The translations under genes were made by a program, and so were the position numbers. A DNA stretch of 59,270 bases, counting the filler, from Sluysia triapertura (Eukaryota): assembly GCA_046118255.1 (NCBI GenBank). It is 4 parts of 4 records of this genome, joined end to end, with 100 filler letters (N's around TTAATTAATTAA, not from the genome) between each part and the next. Parts side by side here need not be neighbours in the genome. Positions count along the whole stretch, not along the records: positions 24,057 to 34,908 come from JBJNIA010192628.1; positions 35,009 to 46,320 come from JBJNIA010186123.1; 2 more parts are not named here. One strand, written 5' to 3'. The notes under the pieces were generated by a model. That model had not been told where the DNA came from, did not search any database, and saw nothing but the letters and a program-made list of their open reading frames with translations. Below are positions 24,731 through 37,990 of this stretch, in pieces; position 1 is the stretch's first letter; every line of letters begins with the position of its first letter.

Positions 24731-26294
24731 GTAAAATCCCTTTCGCTTATTTTCGGCGTAATTTATTTGCAAAATTCACAATAAATAAAGCAAAATCAAG
24801 ATCACTGAATTTACACGAAGATGACAATATTGCACTTTTATAAACCTCAAATAACTGAAAACATTGAAATTGATGAACTAAATCCATAATTAATACCTTC
24901 CATGTTGGATGTAAAGACAAATAAGTCAAAATAATACACTAAAGACAAATAGTAACTTGTGTTATTAGTAAATGAACAAGTAAAATTGAGAAAACAAAGA
25001 AACCAAAGAGAATGAAAATAGAAACAGTATTTTATGTTTAACTTCTGTCCAAAACTCACAAAACATTATTAGTGTTCAAGACTACAATCAAAAGAATATT
25101 TTATCGAACGACCTAAAAATCCTAAAAATTACTTTTCAAAAACAAAGTTAATAAAATCTGCAATAGATGAGCATAAACTTAAATAGACAATAAATACCAT
25201 TAAAACAGTTTTAGCAGTGATGCTATACTTCAAAAGCAAACTTCATTTTAATAATTTTAATCTTTTCATGCAATTACGTGACTTGACCTATTACATGAAA
25301 TTTTACGTATCACATTCACTTCTGATCAACATTTAATTAGTCTATGTTTTTACACTTTTTTTTACATTATTTAGACTCAGTTTTTATTTGGGTCCATAAC
25401 TAAACAATATTTATTGAAATATTTTATTTAACGTGTTAAGATATTTGATTATCTACTTCTTTACAAATCTTTCACGCACGATAATATAATTTTTTGGTAA
25501 ACAAAAGCACTTTAATATTTTGAAATAAAACAATATTAAAAAAAATTAATAAAAATGATGCATCATTTACTAAATCACATTATAATTGTACTATACTAAA
25601 AGTGAAATTAGAAATTGCTGTTAAACGATACACCCATAAAACGACAAACTAATTTCAGTGAAAGTGTAGTTTTGCAAATTACGAAATTCTACTAAGTATG
25701 CGCATTAGAAATGTTATATACACACATCCTAAATTCAAAAAGATTTGACTGTTAGAGATACTAAATAAAAATTACATAACTTACATGGTTAAATAATTTC
25801 TATATGTAGTATCTATATTTCATTTGTTTAAAATATTACATCGACAAATTCTCTGTATGCCATCAACATTATCACCATTAGATATTTTTAATAAGTCCGA
25901 AGAAATATTTGATGTTTGTGTGTGTGTGTGTGTGTTCTATTGGCAGTACAAAAATATTATTATTAATGTAATTTCTAATATTATAAAATGGATCACCATT
26001 TTCTACTTATTATAGTAAGTAGGTTATTTAAGTTTATTATAATTTTAAATTTTAGTGAAGCTTAATGGAATAATGTCGCATTTCAAATTCATTTTACAGG
26101 TTATGAGCATACATCATGTGTTATAATATTTAATATCCTTATAATTTTACATGCATAACATATTTACAAAATCTATTGATTTTAATTTAAAAGGTCAATG
26201 TTTTTGTAATTTTACTAAAGTAAGTGTGATTTCGATTACTTAATAAATTTAGTTAAATATCACTATTTTATTCGAAACTGTTTCTGGCAATTCA

Positions 26295-27207
26295 ATGATT
26301 TCTAGAATAGAATATGTACACAATAAAAATTTCATTCACAGAGATATTAAACCAGATAACCTTCTTATGGGAATTGGTAGACATTGCAATAAAGTTTACA
26401 TTATAGATTTTGGTTTGGCTAAAAAATATAGAGATAATAGGAATGGAAAACATATTATATACAAGTAATATTTACATAATTTACGTAATTTTTAGGGATG
26501 ATAAAAATTTAACAGGTACTGCAAGATATGCAAGCATTAATGCGCACCTGGGAATCGAGCAATCTAGAAGAGACGATATGGAATCACTAGGATATGTTTT
26601 AATGTACTTCAATCTTGGTGTGCTTCTATGGCAAGGCTTAAAGGTAGCTAAATTAATAAGTAAATTACTTTTTTAGGCTGGTACTAAACGCCAAAAATAC
26701 GAAAAAATAAGCGAAAAGAAAATGTCTACTCCGGTGGAAATGTTGTGTCAAAGATTTCCGGCCGAATTTACAATGTATTTAAACTATTGTCGCTGCTTGA
26801 GATTTGATGAATCACCCGATTATATGTATCTACGCCAATTATTTCGTATATTATTTCGAACACTTAACCATCAGTTTGATTATACATTCGACTGGACTAT
26901 GTTGAAACAACGTACTGGTATGCCATCTAGTAGTACTACTGGTACAACAGGAATTAATAACCAATTCAGCGGTGTTATTACCAATGGTGTGGGAGGTAAT
27001 AATATTTTAAGTGCAACAGGTCAAATAGGACCTGTGAAAGTAATGCAAGAAATGATAGATAAAAACCGTTCAAATGCTCAAGATGATCCGGGTATGTCAA
27101 ATCAGCAATTTATACAACACACATCCATGAAAAAAGTCAACCAAATACATTCAAATACAACCCAAGATACAGATTATTTAATGTTTGTTTATTTCATGTT
27201 GAAATGA
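26295..27207 (+). CDS. CSNK1A1: Casein kinase 1 alpha, C-lobe and tail; N-lobe exons not found intact
   Basis: Exons 26295-26464, 26496-26643 and 26677-27207 (introns 31 and 33 nt) give [47 protein letters not shown]...[31 protein letters not shown]...[26 protein letters not shown]...[36 protein letters not shown] and [10 protein letters not shown] are alpha-type signatures. Confidence 0.92.
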
Positions 27208-27399
27208 TTTATTTTCGCTCTTTTCTATCTCACATCCTTTCCTTAAAATGTTTGTAACAATGTATAGTTTTTGAGCCCATTTAAAAATTCGGATATTGAT
27301 TTAAATTTGTGCACATTATTTGATATATTGTGTGGTTCTCTTTATTTTATTTATCATTGACACCTATTTTAATTCTAAAATCCAGTTAATCTAAAGGAT

Positions 27400-30300
27400 G
27401 GAGTATGAAATTGTATAATATAGTTTGATACTGTTGTAGTTTAGTTATTTGTGCTTCTTTTGCTACTAATTTAGATTCTAAATCATCTTTTGCTTTAGAA
27501 CTATCAAATAATTGGTTTTCTAATCTATTATATTTTTGTTGTTGTTGTTTTAAGCTTTGTTCAATTTGTTTGACTTGTCCGTCGAGCTAAAAGAGATAAA
27601 GTACAATTATTTAAGTATACTAAATAAAGTTAAGATGTTGGTTTATTAATTTCAAAATTGTGATTTCAGTTTTGTGGGGTTACGTTTTGTACGATATTAT
27701 ATATTTGAGTGATTTTATTGAATGTTTTGCAGCAACGTTTGGTGCGTTGAAAAAGTACTTTAATGTAAACGTTAGGAACTGAATGAAGTTACACAAGTGT
27801 ATTTTATTGAATTAGAACTGGCCTTGATTGTGTTGTTTAAAGTTTTTAAATGACTCTGGCACGATTTTGTCTTGTGCCGTAATTGGTAATGCATTTCATT
27901 TTATTAAAGAAAAGCTTCTTGATTTAAATTAAAATCACTCTATTCAAAGTGGGAAAACAAAATTTTATCAATATAAATTAAAATTGCTATTCATAATTTT
28001 AAGAATTTCGTTAATACGTAAAAGTACTTTACAAAAGAACTTTTTAGTCTCTTTATTAAATGTATTTATTTTAAATATTATAACAGTTACCTTATTTATT
28101 CTTAAACTTGAAAAAAAATCATTATTAATTTTTACTTCGTTGCATATCCCTTAATAATTTAATTATTACACATTTATAAAACAAAAGCAATTCATTTTTA
28201 TTACAAAAAATTAAAATTAGTTTATAGAAATTCAGTTTATACATATAGTATATAGAAAACTTTAATTTGAACTGAACACATTGTACTGAATCAGGAAATT
28301 CTATTTTCAAGTTGAAAGAAAGAAAATGATAATAAAATTCGGGTATTCCCTTTAGAAGATGAAGCCACTGACTCAAATGATCAAATGTTCAAAAATTTGC
28401 AATGTTTTGTGATGCATTTTTACTTCGTTATTTACTTTATTGTTTTATTTTGCATGCATTTAAAATATACACAGTACTCAGTCATTTTGTTATTAGAATA
28501 ATCTTTTGAACAATTGTGTTGAATATATTTCTTTCAATTTAAAATTAATTTTGCTCACATTTTAAGTAAATATATTTTAATATAATAAGGAAAAATATAT
28601 TTAGAATATCTTTATCCAGTTGTAAAACTTTACCCTAAAAATGCTAAGACGCCCAAAACTACCTATCTTTTAGATATAACAAATACAAGAAAGACTTTGG
28701 ATAACGACGAAGATGATTTTGATCTCGAAAATGGATTAGGAGATATTTCAGAGGATCAGTCAGAAAAAGAAGTTTGTTTCCGCAGACAGCAATAGTGAAG
28801 ACAATATCTTGAATGTACGTAGACCAAGAAAAATTGTGAGATTGTCATTTTCGATGACAGCGACCGGCAGGAAACTGAAATTACTCCTGATAGAACTGTC
28901 TGGACTAAAATAAAAGCCGGATCCATTTCGGGAAGGAGACCAATAAATACCATTTCCAGAGGAATATTTGGACTTACAGGATGTGCAAAACGAAACATAA
29001 TGAATGGCACTCTAAGTAGTGCTTTTTTGATAATCAATCATAGAATCATAGATAATGCATACAAATAGAAGCTTTCCGAGTTCTTGGTGACAAATGAGAT
29101 TTACACTTTTCTTGTAATTTCATGTACATATGGTGATTTTGAGGCTAATAATCTATGGTCTAAATAATGGGGACAAGAGTTTCTTGGGAAAACTGAGTAT
29201 AACATTTTAAATGTTATCCGCTTCGATAAAAATGAAAGGAGTGCACGATTACAAATGGTTAAATTTGCATTGATCTCAAATGTTTGGAATTCCTCATTCA
29301 TTGAAACGTTACAACCAAAGCAAGATGACGAACAAGTTCGGAATAAAAATTTGGTTGCCCTTTTGATTTCCAAAGTAAATTTATTACAAATGGATTGCCA
29401 CATTTTGGAAAGGACTAAACAAGACAGTCGTCAATTCCTTTGAGTGAGTTTGTTGTGCTGAAATTAATTGATCCATATACCGCTGTTGAAAATGTAACAA
29501 CTAATAATTTTTTTACTAATAATAAATTAATGGAAAAACGTACTACCTCAGTTGAAGCAATTAGTGCAAACAAATGAGAATTGCCGAACCGGCTAAACAT
29601 AAAAAGATAATTTACTGAGATTCTCATTCGAAATCTATAAAACAGATAATTGCACTTTCACAGCACATAAAACTAAGCCAACTAACAAAGTACGAAAAAT
29701 AATTCAGTCACATTTTACAATAAACCAATATGCCGGATCAAATGGCCAGAAAATAAAGTGTTAACTCAGGATCTAGAAGTACTTTTAACATTCTCGACAT
29801 GGCAGCAACAAATGCGCCACCTATGAATCATCTAGCAGATACATACAAAACTTTAATATCAAATGATAATTTAACACAAATTATAAGTTTAATTGAATCA
29901 TCAAATTGATTACATTATTATCTTGTAGTGTAGTCATAAATTCAATTTTTGGTGTCATAATATTTAATATAATAAAGTTGACTTAGTACTTTTACTTTTT
30001 TAAAAATGACAACAAAGTTCATATTTAAAAATGGAATAATGTTAAAATTGCGACTACATTTGCCAATCTTGAATATATTTTAACAAAGACGTTAAATCAA
30101 GTTTTCTATCAATATAATAAACATAAATGTAACATTTGTCTACATCAAACCGTGGCAAAACGATTTATTTACATTCAGAATATTAAATCACAGCCGAAAA
30201 TTTAATATCTAATCAAATGTTAACACTTTATATCAAACTGGATTTATGCATAAGTATCATGGAACGTAACACACATTCCACTTATTCTTCAGTACAAAAT

Positions 30301-31887
30301 AAAACTGAAATTGAATTATTTAACTTGATTTTAAATTTTTATTAAATTTAATGGATATTAATATAAAAATAAATATTCACGTATTTTATTTTAAAATCAT
30401 TTCTTAAATTACTGTACTAATTTAAAATTTTATAACCTTAAATTTGTGTTCCTATTAAATAGTTTAGTAGGAACACTCGTTAAATATTTAATTTGAAAAT
30501 AAATAGCTTTGCCAATGTTCACAAACTCCATCAAAGTTTATGTTATACGCAAAACAAATTCTTGAGCATTACTAATTCAATATACTATAATTTGTAGTTA
30601 CACACTTCCTAAATCTATCAAAAAATTAGATATACTATTTAATATATTAATTATAGCACAGTTACCAATACACTAATTAAAATAGAAATACAAACCTTTT
30701 TATTAGTTTCAATTTGTAGCTCCAATTCTCCCGTTATTAACTGAATTTTACTTTCATATTCCATAATTTTCGACTTATATTCACCATTCTCCTTAGAAAA
30801 AGATCTTGATTTTATACGAAAACACATGGAAATAAGTTAAAGACGTGCTTATATTTTTAATGTTAAAATAGTAATTACACATTTTTATAATATACTGAAA
30901 TTTCTAATACACAAAAAAGTACTTTAAAATTAGATATAAACAATTCCTAAAAGTATATTGTTTTAAAAAAATTACGAAAATACAACAGTGATTACACAAC
31001 ATTTTGTAATATAATCAACAGATTATTAAAAAAACTTTAAACTACTTTCTCATATAGAAATGCTAAAATATCCAGCTAAATTTTTTAAAACATAAGACAT
31101 CATATTTATTATGTTTTAATTCACAATTTTATTGCCAGCTATTTTTTACACCATGTGATTGAAAATTAATTTGCCGAATATTTTTTTACTACAGCTTAAC
31201 AATATAACATAAATAATGCATGGCACTAATTTATTAAATGTATACCCAAATTGAATTAATGTAAACCATACATGCAAAATAAATTAAAGAAATACAAAAT
31301 ATACATGCTAAGGGCATTCATAAGAAAATTTTCAACTTACTTTACTTAAAAATTTTGAGTTTTAATTTTATACACAAAAAATTAATTTAATCGCAATAAA
31401 ATACTTTTTTTAAAAAATGTATCATGTTATCACAAGTGCAAAAACAAATACTATAACATTAGGGAAATGATAAACAATTAAATAAATATCTTTTCCAAAT
31501 TAATTTTAAGTAAGATTAAGTAGGATTAAATTAACTTACTTCAGATGTCAATACTACACCTGCTAATGTTTGATCAACATTTTCTTTGACAATTTTCTTT
31601 TCAACATTTTGAATATTATCAGCATTTTCTAAAAAAATAATAATTAGAAATAAATTACTTTTTTTGTTTCGCTTATTTCTATTTTTATTTGGTGTTGACA
31701 TTTCAGAGTGACTTAAATTTGTTTCGCAAGCAGAATTTAAAAATGTTTCATTAACTGCTTCAATGTGCAGTTCTTCAGAATTCAACAATGACCTATTAAG
31801 TAACTTCTTTTTCGCAATATACGCTATTATAACTGTGATTGCAACACAGGAAACTGTAATTATAATTTCCAATTCCATTGTATTCAC
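27400..31887 (-). CDS. Putative N-terminal single-TM, coiled-coil protein gene (kinectin/RRBP1-like architecture), partly decayed
   Basis: Exon 1 (31887-31659; TM IIITVSCVAITVIIAYIAKKK), a 30-nt intron and exon 2 (31628-31540) splice in frame. Coiled-coil-like exons end at 30696 (EYKSKIMEYESKIQLITGELELQIETNKK) and lie near 27430-27590 (KYNRLENQLFDSSKAKDDLESKLVAKEAQITKLQQ). Linking the distal exons is inference. Confidence 0.35.
28275..28330 (+). mobile_element. Small piggyBac-family fragment
   Basis: Reverse complement matches 4855-4890 (TCAACTTGAAAA.AGA.T.TCCTGATTCAGTACAAT). Confidence 0.5.
28633..29820 (+). mobile_element. Decayed piggyBac (PGBD4-like) element, same family as 4085-4900
   Basis: CCCTAAAAATG left end. 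Fragments PDRTVWTKIK.G...GR...GLTGCAKRNIM...SSAF, LWSK*WG, VIRFDKNERSARL, KFALISNVWNSSF, VTTNNFFT, EIYKTDNCTFT, DQMARK and FNILDMAATNA. Confidence 0.85.
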
Positions 31888-33739
31888 AATTTTTAACCTT
31901 CAAATGAAAAGTAATTTTTTATAAACCACCGAAACAAAATCCAAAAATAAAGTAATACTTTGTAAACAATATGTTAAGGCAATTTAAATGTTAAATATTT
32001 TTTAAAAATTTCAAAAATTATTTCTGTATAGTAAATAAAAATATAAAATATGTCTAGTATTTAATTTTTAAACAGCAATATTAATAAATGCAATATTTTT
32101 TTGGTCAACACTTCAAACATGCGCAATGTTGTTATTTAAAATTACTTTCTATAAAAAATAAATAGTTTAAACAAATATAAACGGAGATTAAATAATTTTG
32201 TAATAACGCTATAATATGATTTTCAATTTCAAAAAGTATACTAAATGTATTTTAAGCTTGCATTTATTTACTTAAATAAACGCTGATACTTTAATAGTTT
32301 TTAATTTTAATAGTACTTTAATTTAAATACTTATTTTAAAGTTCAAAAGGTTATTTGAAACTTTATAGTTATAATAATGTTTGAACCAACATGTCTTATA
32401 TTTTTGCATACTTTTTGTTTTTACTGAATGGAACTTTTTTTAAATTACGATATTTAGATTTTTAAGTGTAATTGATAATTTTAACAGTGATAATGATCAT
32501 GCATTAACGCATGTTTTAGTATTTATTACATTAATTTTGCATTCATTTATATATTTTTAAAATCAATGATGACGCAGTCATAATATCCAAATGTATAAAT
32601 TATATATTATAGGATTTTTCGAGGAACTTAAAAACATTTTAATTTTAGCATGGCCTATAGTAAGTCTAACATAATTTATTATTTTAATTTATATTTGAAA
32701 TTAATGAAATTTTATAAATATTTTAATTAAAAGCCATATTTATAACTTTTGGTATTACGTACATGATTTTCTATGAATTTTCTCATCTATAAAATGTTGA
32801 TCTAGCTTCTGTTTATCTGATTTTTCTTTTTTAACAAATTGATCATTTTGATTTTAAAAATGGTCTATTAGATTCATTGAAAAATTGCCTCAACTTCTAA
32901 ATTGTACCGTCAATGCATGTCAAGAGGTTTCTAGTCTATATTTTTTGTCATATACAACTAGTATTAAATGTAAGTTATAAAATAAATTGCTCAATTTACT
33001 ATAATAAAGAATGTGCCATAGTAACGAAAACTCCACTTATACATCTCGTTTCATGAAAAAAAATACTTTTACAGGCCATAATCTTTTATTACTGCAAAAA
33101 CCAAAAGAAAGACTTGATAGTTCATATATGACGAATATTAAATTAAGAAATAAAATATCAACATTTTATTTAATGGAAAATAGTTTAGAATGGGAATATA
33201 AGTCCAAAGCTTTGGAATATATGCCAAACCACTTATTAAAGTTTAATGAAGATAAATTTCAATAATAAACAATGAATTTCAGTTGATAAGTTATGAGGAT
33301 CCATTACAATCTTTGGATTTTTGTAGCAAAATAAAGTACATGTTTTTCTGGGATTAATGATTTAAAATACTCTACCTACAATTTAAAATTATTTTCAGAT
33401 TTTTTAATACGTGATATGATTAATGTTTAACTGAATTGTACAAAAGAAATTTTGTTTAATACTCAATTCATTACAAAAATGTTTACTGTTGATACAAATC
33501 TTACAAATCACAATTTTATATTAATGGGGCGTCGATCTACACAAAATATTGTAAGACAATGAGTCTCACATATATAAATATTACAATAAAATTTATAGTT
33601 ATAATAAACTCACATAAAATCACTAAAAATGTAAATATTATCATAGTTAAAATGATTTATATCACTAGTTTCTGAAATAATTTAGATTGCTTAAAAGATA
33701 TCCAATAATATAATTTAACAAAAAAAACAATGTGAATCT

Positions 33740-34908
33740 GCTAATCGACCAGATATATATATCACAGTGAATTCCAAAGTAGAATACTGACCATTATGTT
33801 CCTTTATACACGCGTTATAGTGGAAATTTCAAAAGCGACACCAGCACTTTGCTTGCCATTCATGCTTCGCAATAATTTCTTCCTTGATTCATGGATTTCG
33901 TCCTAGATATTGATATGTATGCCTTCATATCCGACTAGTGATCGACTGGAATCAGTAATGAAAGACAAACGACGGATTGCGCCATATTGTTGACCTTTTT
34001 CTACAGAACCGGTACATACCCGTAAAATCTGTTTCATATCAAAAAAATAAACATCCATGACTAATTGTAAATAATGATCTCGAGTGCAATATGTTACGAA
34101 ATCATTATTATGTATCATTTTATCACCTTTTAACTGATTCCTTATTTTAGTAAATCCGTAAAACATGACCATTATTTAAACATTTGGTCGATGTTTCTTC
34201 ATAACCATCGAACACTTTAGAAATACTTTCTAAAAAATGCATTATCATTCAGTTTAGAATAATCAGAATTATTCTTAAAATTTAATTCTAATAATGTATC
34301 GTCAGTTTCAGTTAATTTATTTTGAATCAGGTTTATTTTAAATATGTGATCAAAACTTGTGAATTTATTTCAACTCTCATCACCCACTTACATTTATTAT
34401 AAGTGAAAACATATTTACTCTGACATTTATGTAGAATCTTTCTGATAAACGGCGTATTACATAGAATAACCCTAAAGAATACAAAATAGATCACATTAAA
34501 ATACGATTTATAATAATAAACGGTTTTTTTGCTTTATTATATTAATTATATTAACTGTTGAAAAAGAGAAAATATTGGAATATCATTACGTAACTCTGTA
34601 TTTATTACTGTGACAATTTTTTGCAGTAACTATTTGTTAGTAAAGGACTTACCTAGATTCTGTGAGTAATTATCATTGCTTGACTGTTTATATTTGCAAA
34701 CAATATAGATTTACGTTAGGTGTGTCTCATTATTTGATAAGTCTACTGTGGTTCTGAATACCATTAAATCGAGTATTTTCTAAATTAAAAATGGGGTACT
34801 TACAAGTGTCCAGAAATATTTTCTCTGTGATTTTCTTTCATTACACATGCAAACGCAAAGTTTTCCTGAGTTCCGTGACAAGTTTTATTTTCAACCCACC
34901 ATTATATA
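33740..34908 (-). CDS. Multi-exon extracellular protein gene fragment with a CUB domain, possibly preceded by a C-type lectin-like end; cut by the gap, possibly decayed
   Basis: CTRDHYLQL...RVCTG...LSFITDSSRSLVGYEG matches the CUB C-terminal half (C..DYL...CG...F.SD.S...GF). Upstream minus-strand GTAAGT donors and an ENKTCHGTQENFAFAC segment. Confidence 0.5.
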
Positions 34909-35008
34909 NNNNNNNNNNNNNNNNNNNNNNNNNNNNNNNNNNNNNNNNNNNNTTAATTAATTAANNNNNNNNNNNNNNNNNNNNNNNNNNNNNNNNNNNN
35001 NNNNNNNN
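34909..35008. other. Artificial contig linker
   Basis: 44 N + TTAATTAATTAA + 44 N. Confidence 0.97.
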
Positions 35009-35048
35009 ATTTATCTTACTTTTTCACTTCATTTTTGGTTGCATGCAT

Positions 35049-35052
<4 letters not shown>

Positions 35053-35092
<40 letters not shown>
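35053..35092. repeat. (AT)n microsatellite
   Basis: Direct reading. Confidence 0.9.
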
Positions 35093-35096
<4 letters not shown>

Positions 35097-35747
35097 TTAC
35101 TTATTTTTTATTTATTTATTTAAAAAGTTAAAGCTGTTGTACAAAAAATTAAATCAAGTCGTCAGGATAAATAAATTCTCATATTTTAAATCATTTAATT
35201 TAAAATGATCTATTGAAACTGCAAGACCTTTCTACCTAAAATTATACAAAATTAAATAATTAATTAATTACTCAGAAGCAAACATTAAAAAGTCAATACT
35301 TATGGTTATGTTTGAAAATCTATAATTGTATATATGTTGTTACTGTAATAATTGCAATTATATTTAATGAAATTAATCGTACCGAAAATACCTGGACCAA
35401 TATTTGCAAACAATACCCAAACTGTAGATCACTGATAGATCTATATGTACGTGATAGCGATTTTATACCGCAAGTTTTTGAAATGAAAGATTACTACATA
35501 AGTAATAATAATTTAAGAAATGTTCGAGTAACTGATGTGTACGTATTTTATTATATGACATATAATAAAAGATTCGTTAAGTTGAATAATATCTTATTGC
35601 TAAAATTTTTCAAATTGTTTTTTAAATATGTTGAAATTTAAATTAAAATGTTATTGTTTTTTCTTAATTTTTTCTTAAATTATGAAAGTAAAATAACACC
35701 CTCACTAAATCATTATCATATTTTTGTTTCTGCTACTTCTACTTAAA

Positions 35748-36955
35748 CACCCTGTTTAAAAAGTATAGGACACCCCTATTTTTGCTGTATATACAAACAC
35801 GAATTATATCATAACAAAATAAGAATACCATTTAATAATTAAAACACGAATAAACTATTACTTATAGTTTCCAATTTTAGGGGACTTTTAATTACTGTAT
35901 TCCATTTAGTTAAATAAATTTAGTTTCAAAAGTATAGGGTACATTATGCAAACTTTTTATTTAACGTATTGTAGAAAATTGGTATTTTATTGATGCTCCT
36001 GAGTTTTTCAATATCTCTAAACACATTTTTGTCATCGTATTAATCAATGTATTTACACTTTCTATTTCAATCTTTCCCAAACATCCAATACTGCATTTTT
36101 TAACTCAAAAAAGGTGAAAGTATTGCAAGTATTGCCAAAAAGTTAAACAGAACAAGACATGTAATATCTAATTGCTTGGATAATAGTTACAAAAGCATTT
36201 GAAAAAAATGGACCGTCACAAAGCACTTTCTAATCGGCAGAAAAGGAGTTTAATAAGGTATGCAAAAATTCAACATTGTCTATAACTTGCATAATGTCAG
36301 ATTTAGAGCTAAACTTCAGTAAAACAACAGTATGGAGAATATTAAAAATAGTGATGAGGTCGAATTCATTAAAATGGTTGCTAAACCTCCACTTACTGAT
36401 GCTCAAAAATAGCAAGAATTAATTTTGCCGAAAATCACATTAATAACTACACTAACTGAACAAAGATAATATTATCAAATGAGGAGAAATTTAGATTGGA
36501 TGGTCCTAATGGTTATAAATACTATTGGCATCATCTAAAGGATTTAAAAGAAATATATTCTAAGGGAATTTGTGATGGAGGATCAGTTATTGTATGGAGT
36601 GTCACAATTTATGATAAAAAGCTAGCTTTACATGTGGTTCCGTCAACTCTTAATGGTGATAAGTACTAAGATTTGGTAAAAGAAGTAGTAATTCTGTATG
36701 TCAAGCTTCCAGAAAATAACAATATCATCTTTCAGCAGGATAACGCTCCTTGTCATCGATCTAAAACTACCCTTAATAAGTCAGTGAAGATGGATTAAAA
36801 GTGTTAGAGTGGTCAGCAAGATTCCTGACCTCAATCCAATAGAAAATTTATAGTCTCATTTATCTTTTAATGTGTACAGTGAAGTAAAACATTATAATAT
36901 ATCTGAGTTAAAAAATGCTTGGAAAAAGATTGAAATAAAAAGTGTAAATATATTG
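35748..36955 (+). mobile_element. Decayed Tc3-like (Tc1/mariner) transposon
   Basis: Terminal CACCCTGTTTAAAAAGTATAGGACACCCC with an inner AAAAGTATAGG copy near 35927. Transposase fragments KTTVWRILK, KPPLTD, IILSNEEKFRLDGPNGYKYYWH.LK, GGSVIVW, LNGDKY, IIFQQDNAPCHRS, PDLNPIENL and ELKNAWKKI, with stops and frameshifts. Confidence 0.9.
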
Positions 36956-37990
36956 TTTGCTTCAAGTAATTGTAAGCGTTTTCGGCTTGCAAACAAGTTT
37001 GTATCTTGGTGCCTAGCTTACTTAGAGGAGGTTGTGGAAGGAGAGGGAGTAACTTATTGAACATGATGCTTTGTCGTTTTATGTTGGATCTTTTAAAATG
37101 GGATTCCACAAAAAGGAGTCCTGATTCATCGATGAATAAGGGCATTTCGAAGGTAGTTGCCTTCTGAGATTTTTGTTGGGTTATGGGATGTCGCCATCGA
37201 CGTCGGATCCGCCGAGCAGCTTGTGTGTTACTGTGATTACAGCCCCATCGAATCTGGTCCCGCAGGGTTTATATTTATGGGATAGCCATACATATTCATG
37301 TTTTATTATTTTAAAAAGAGTTCGGATGGGGGATCGTTGACAATTTGTGATGTCGCTTCGTAGGGCGCAAGCAACGCGTTTAATGTGAACGGTGATTCGG
37401 TCGCTGCAGTCATCGACCATGCGGTTCTGTGGTGCGAAGCATTAATGACACTTCGGTTTTGCAATTTAGGATCTGTTTGTTTATGAGGTTTGTTCGTTGT
37501 GGAATCGGGCTTAACTGATGTTTGTTGTAAGATATCATTTTGGGAGTCTTTTCTAAGTTTGCATTCGGATAGTAAAGTGGTATCTTATAGTTAAAGTGTA
37601 ACCCTGCGGAACTTAGGGATTTGATCAATAAGCCCGTTTTGCATACTTGAGCATAAGTTTTATTACGGTTGAACAGGTACCTCGTGGGTGTCCATTTACG
37701 CAGTGGTTTGTTAATTTGGGACACCTCTCCTGGTTGGACGTATTCTGTGATTTTAGGATTCGAATGGGGTTTATTCAACCTATATTTTTGGCGCTCCGGA
37801 ATAAAAGCATGGGTGCGTGCGGTGGAAAAGCCATATCCTACAATTTTATTAGTTTTATTTGTTTTGGTGGAAAATATTTGTGAGTTGTTTGTGGATGTTT
37901 ACTATGTAGTATATGTGAAGTGTTGTTCGTTTTGTTTGTATGAATGTGTGTGATTTGTTATATCGTATGGTTTGTTTCGATGTATTGGTT
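36956..37990 (-). mobile_element. GC-richer insertion truncating the Tc3-like element, possibly a non-LTR retroelement ORF1/endonuclease relic
   Basis: Abrupt composition change at the point where Tc3 homology stops. Chained minus-strand ORFs with a KTYAQVCK motif (SYA.V-like) and EYVWLSH...GAVITVTHKL (weakly endonuclease-like). Confidence 0.35.

Noticed and set aside
26295-27207. Stop-codon reassignment as an explanation for broken genes
   Set aside because: Intact exons use TGG for Trp and end in standard stops; broken genes also have frameshifts and deletions.
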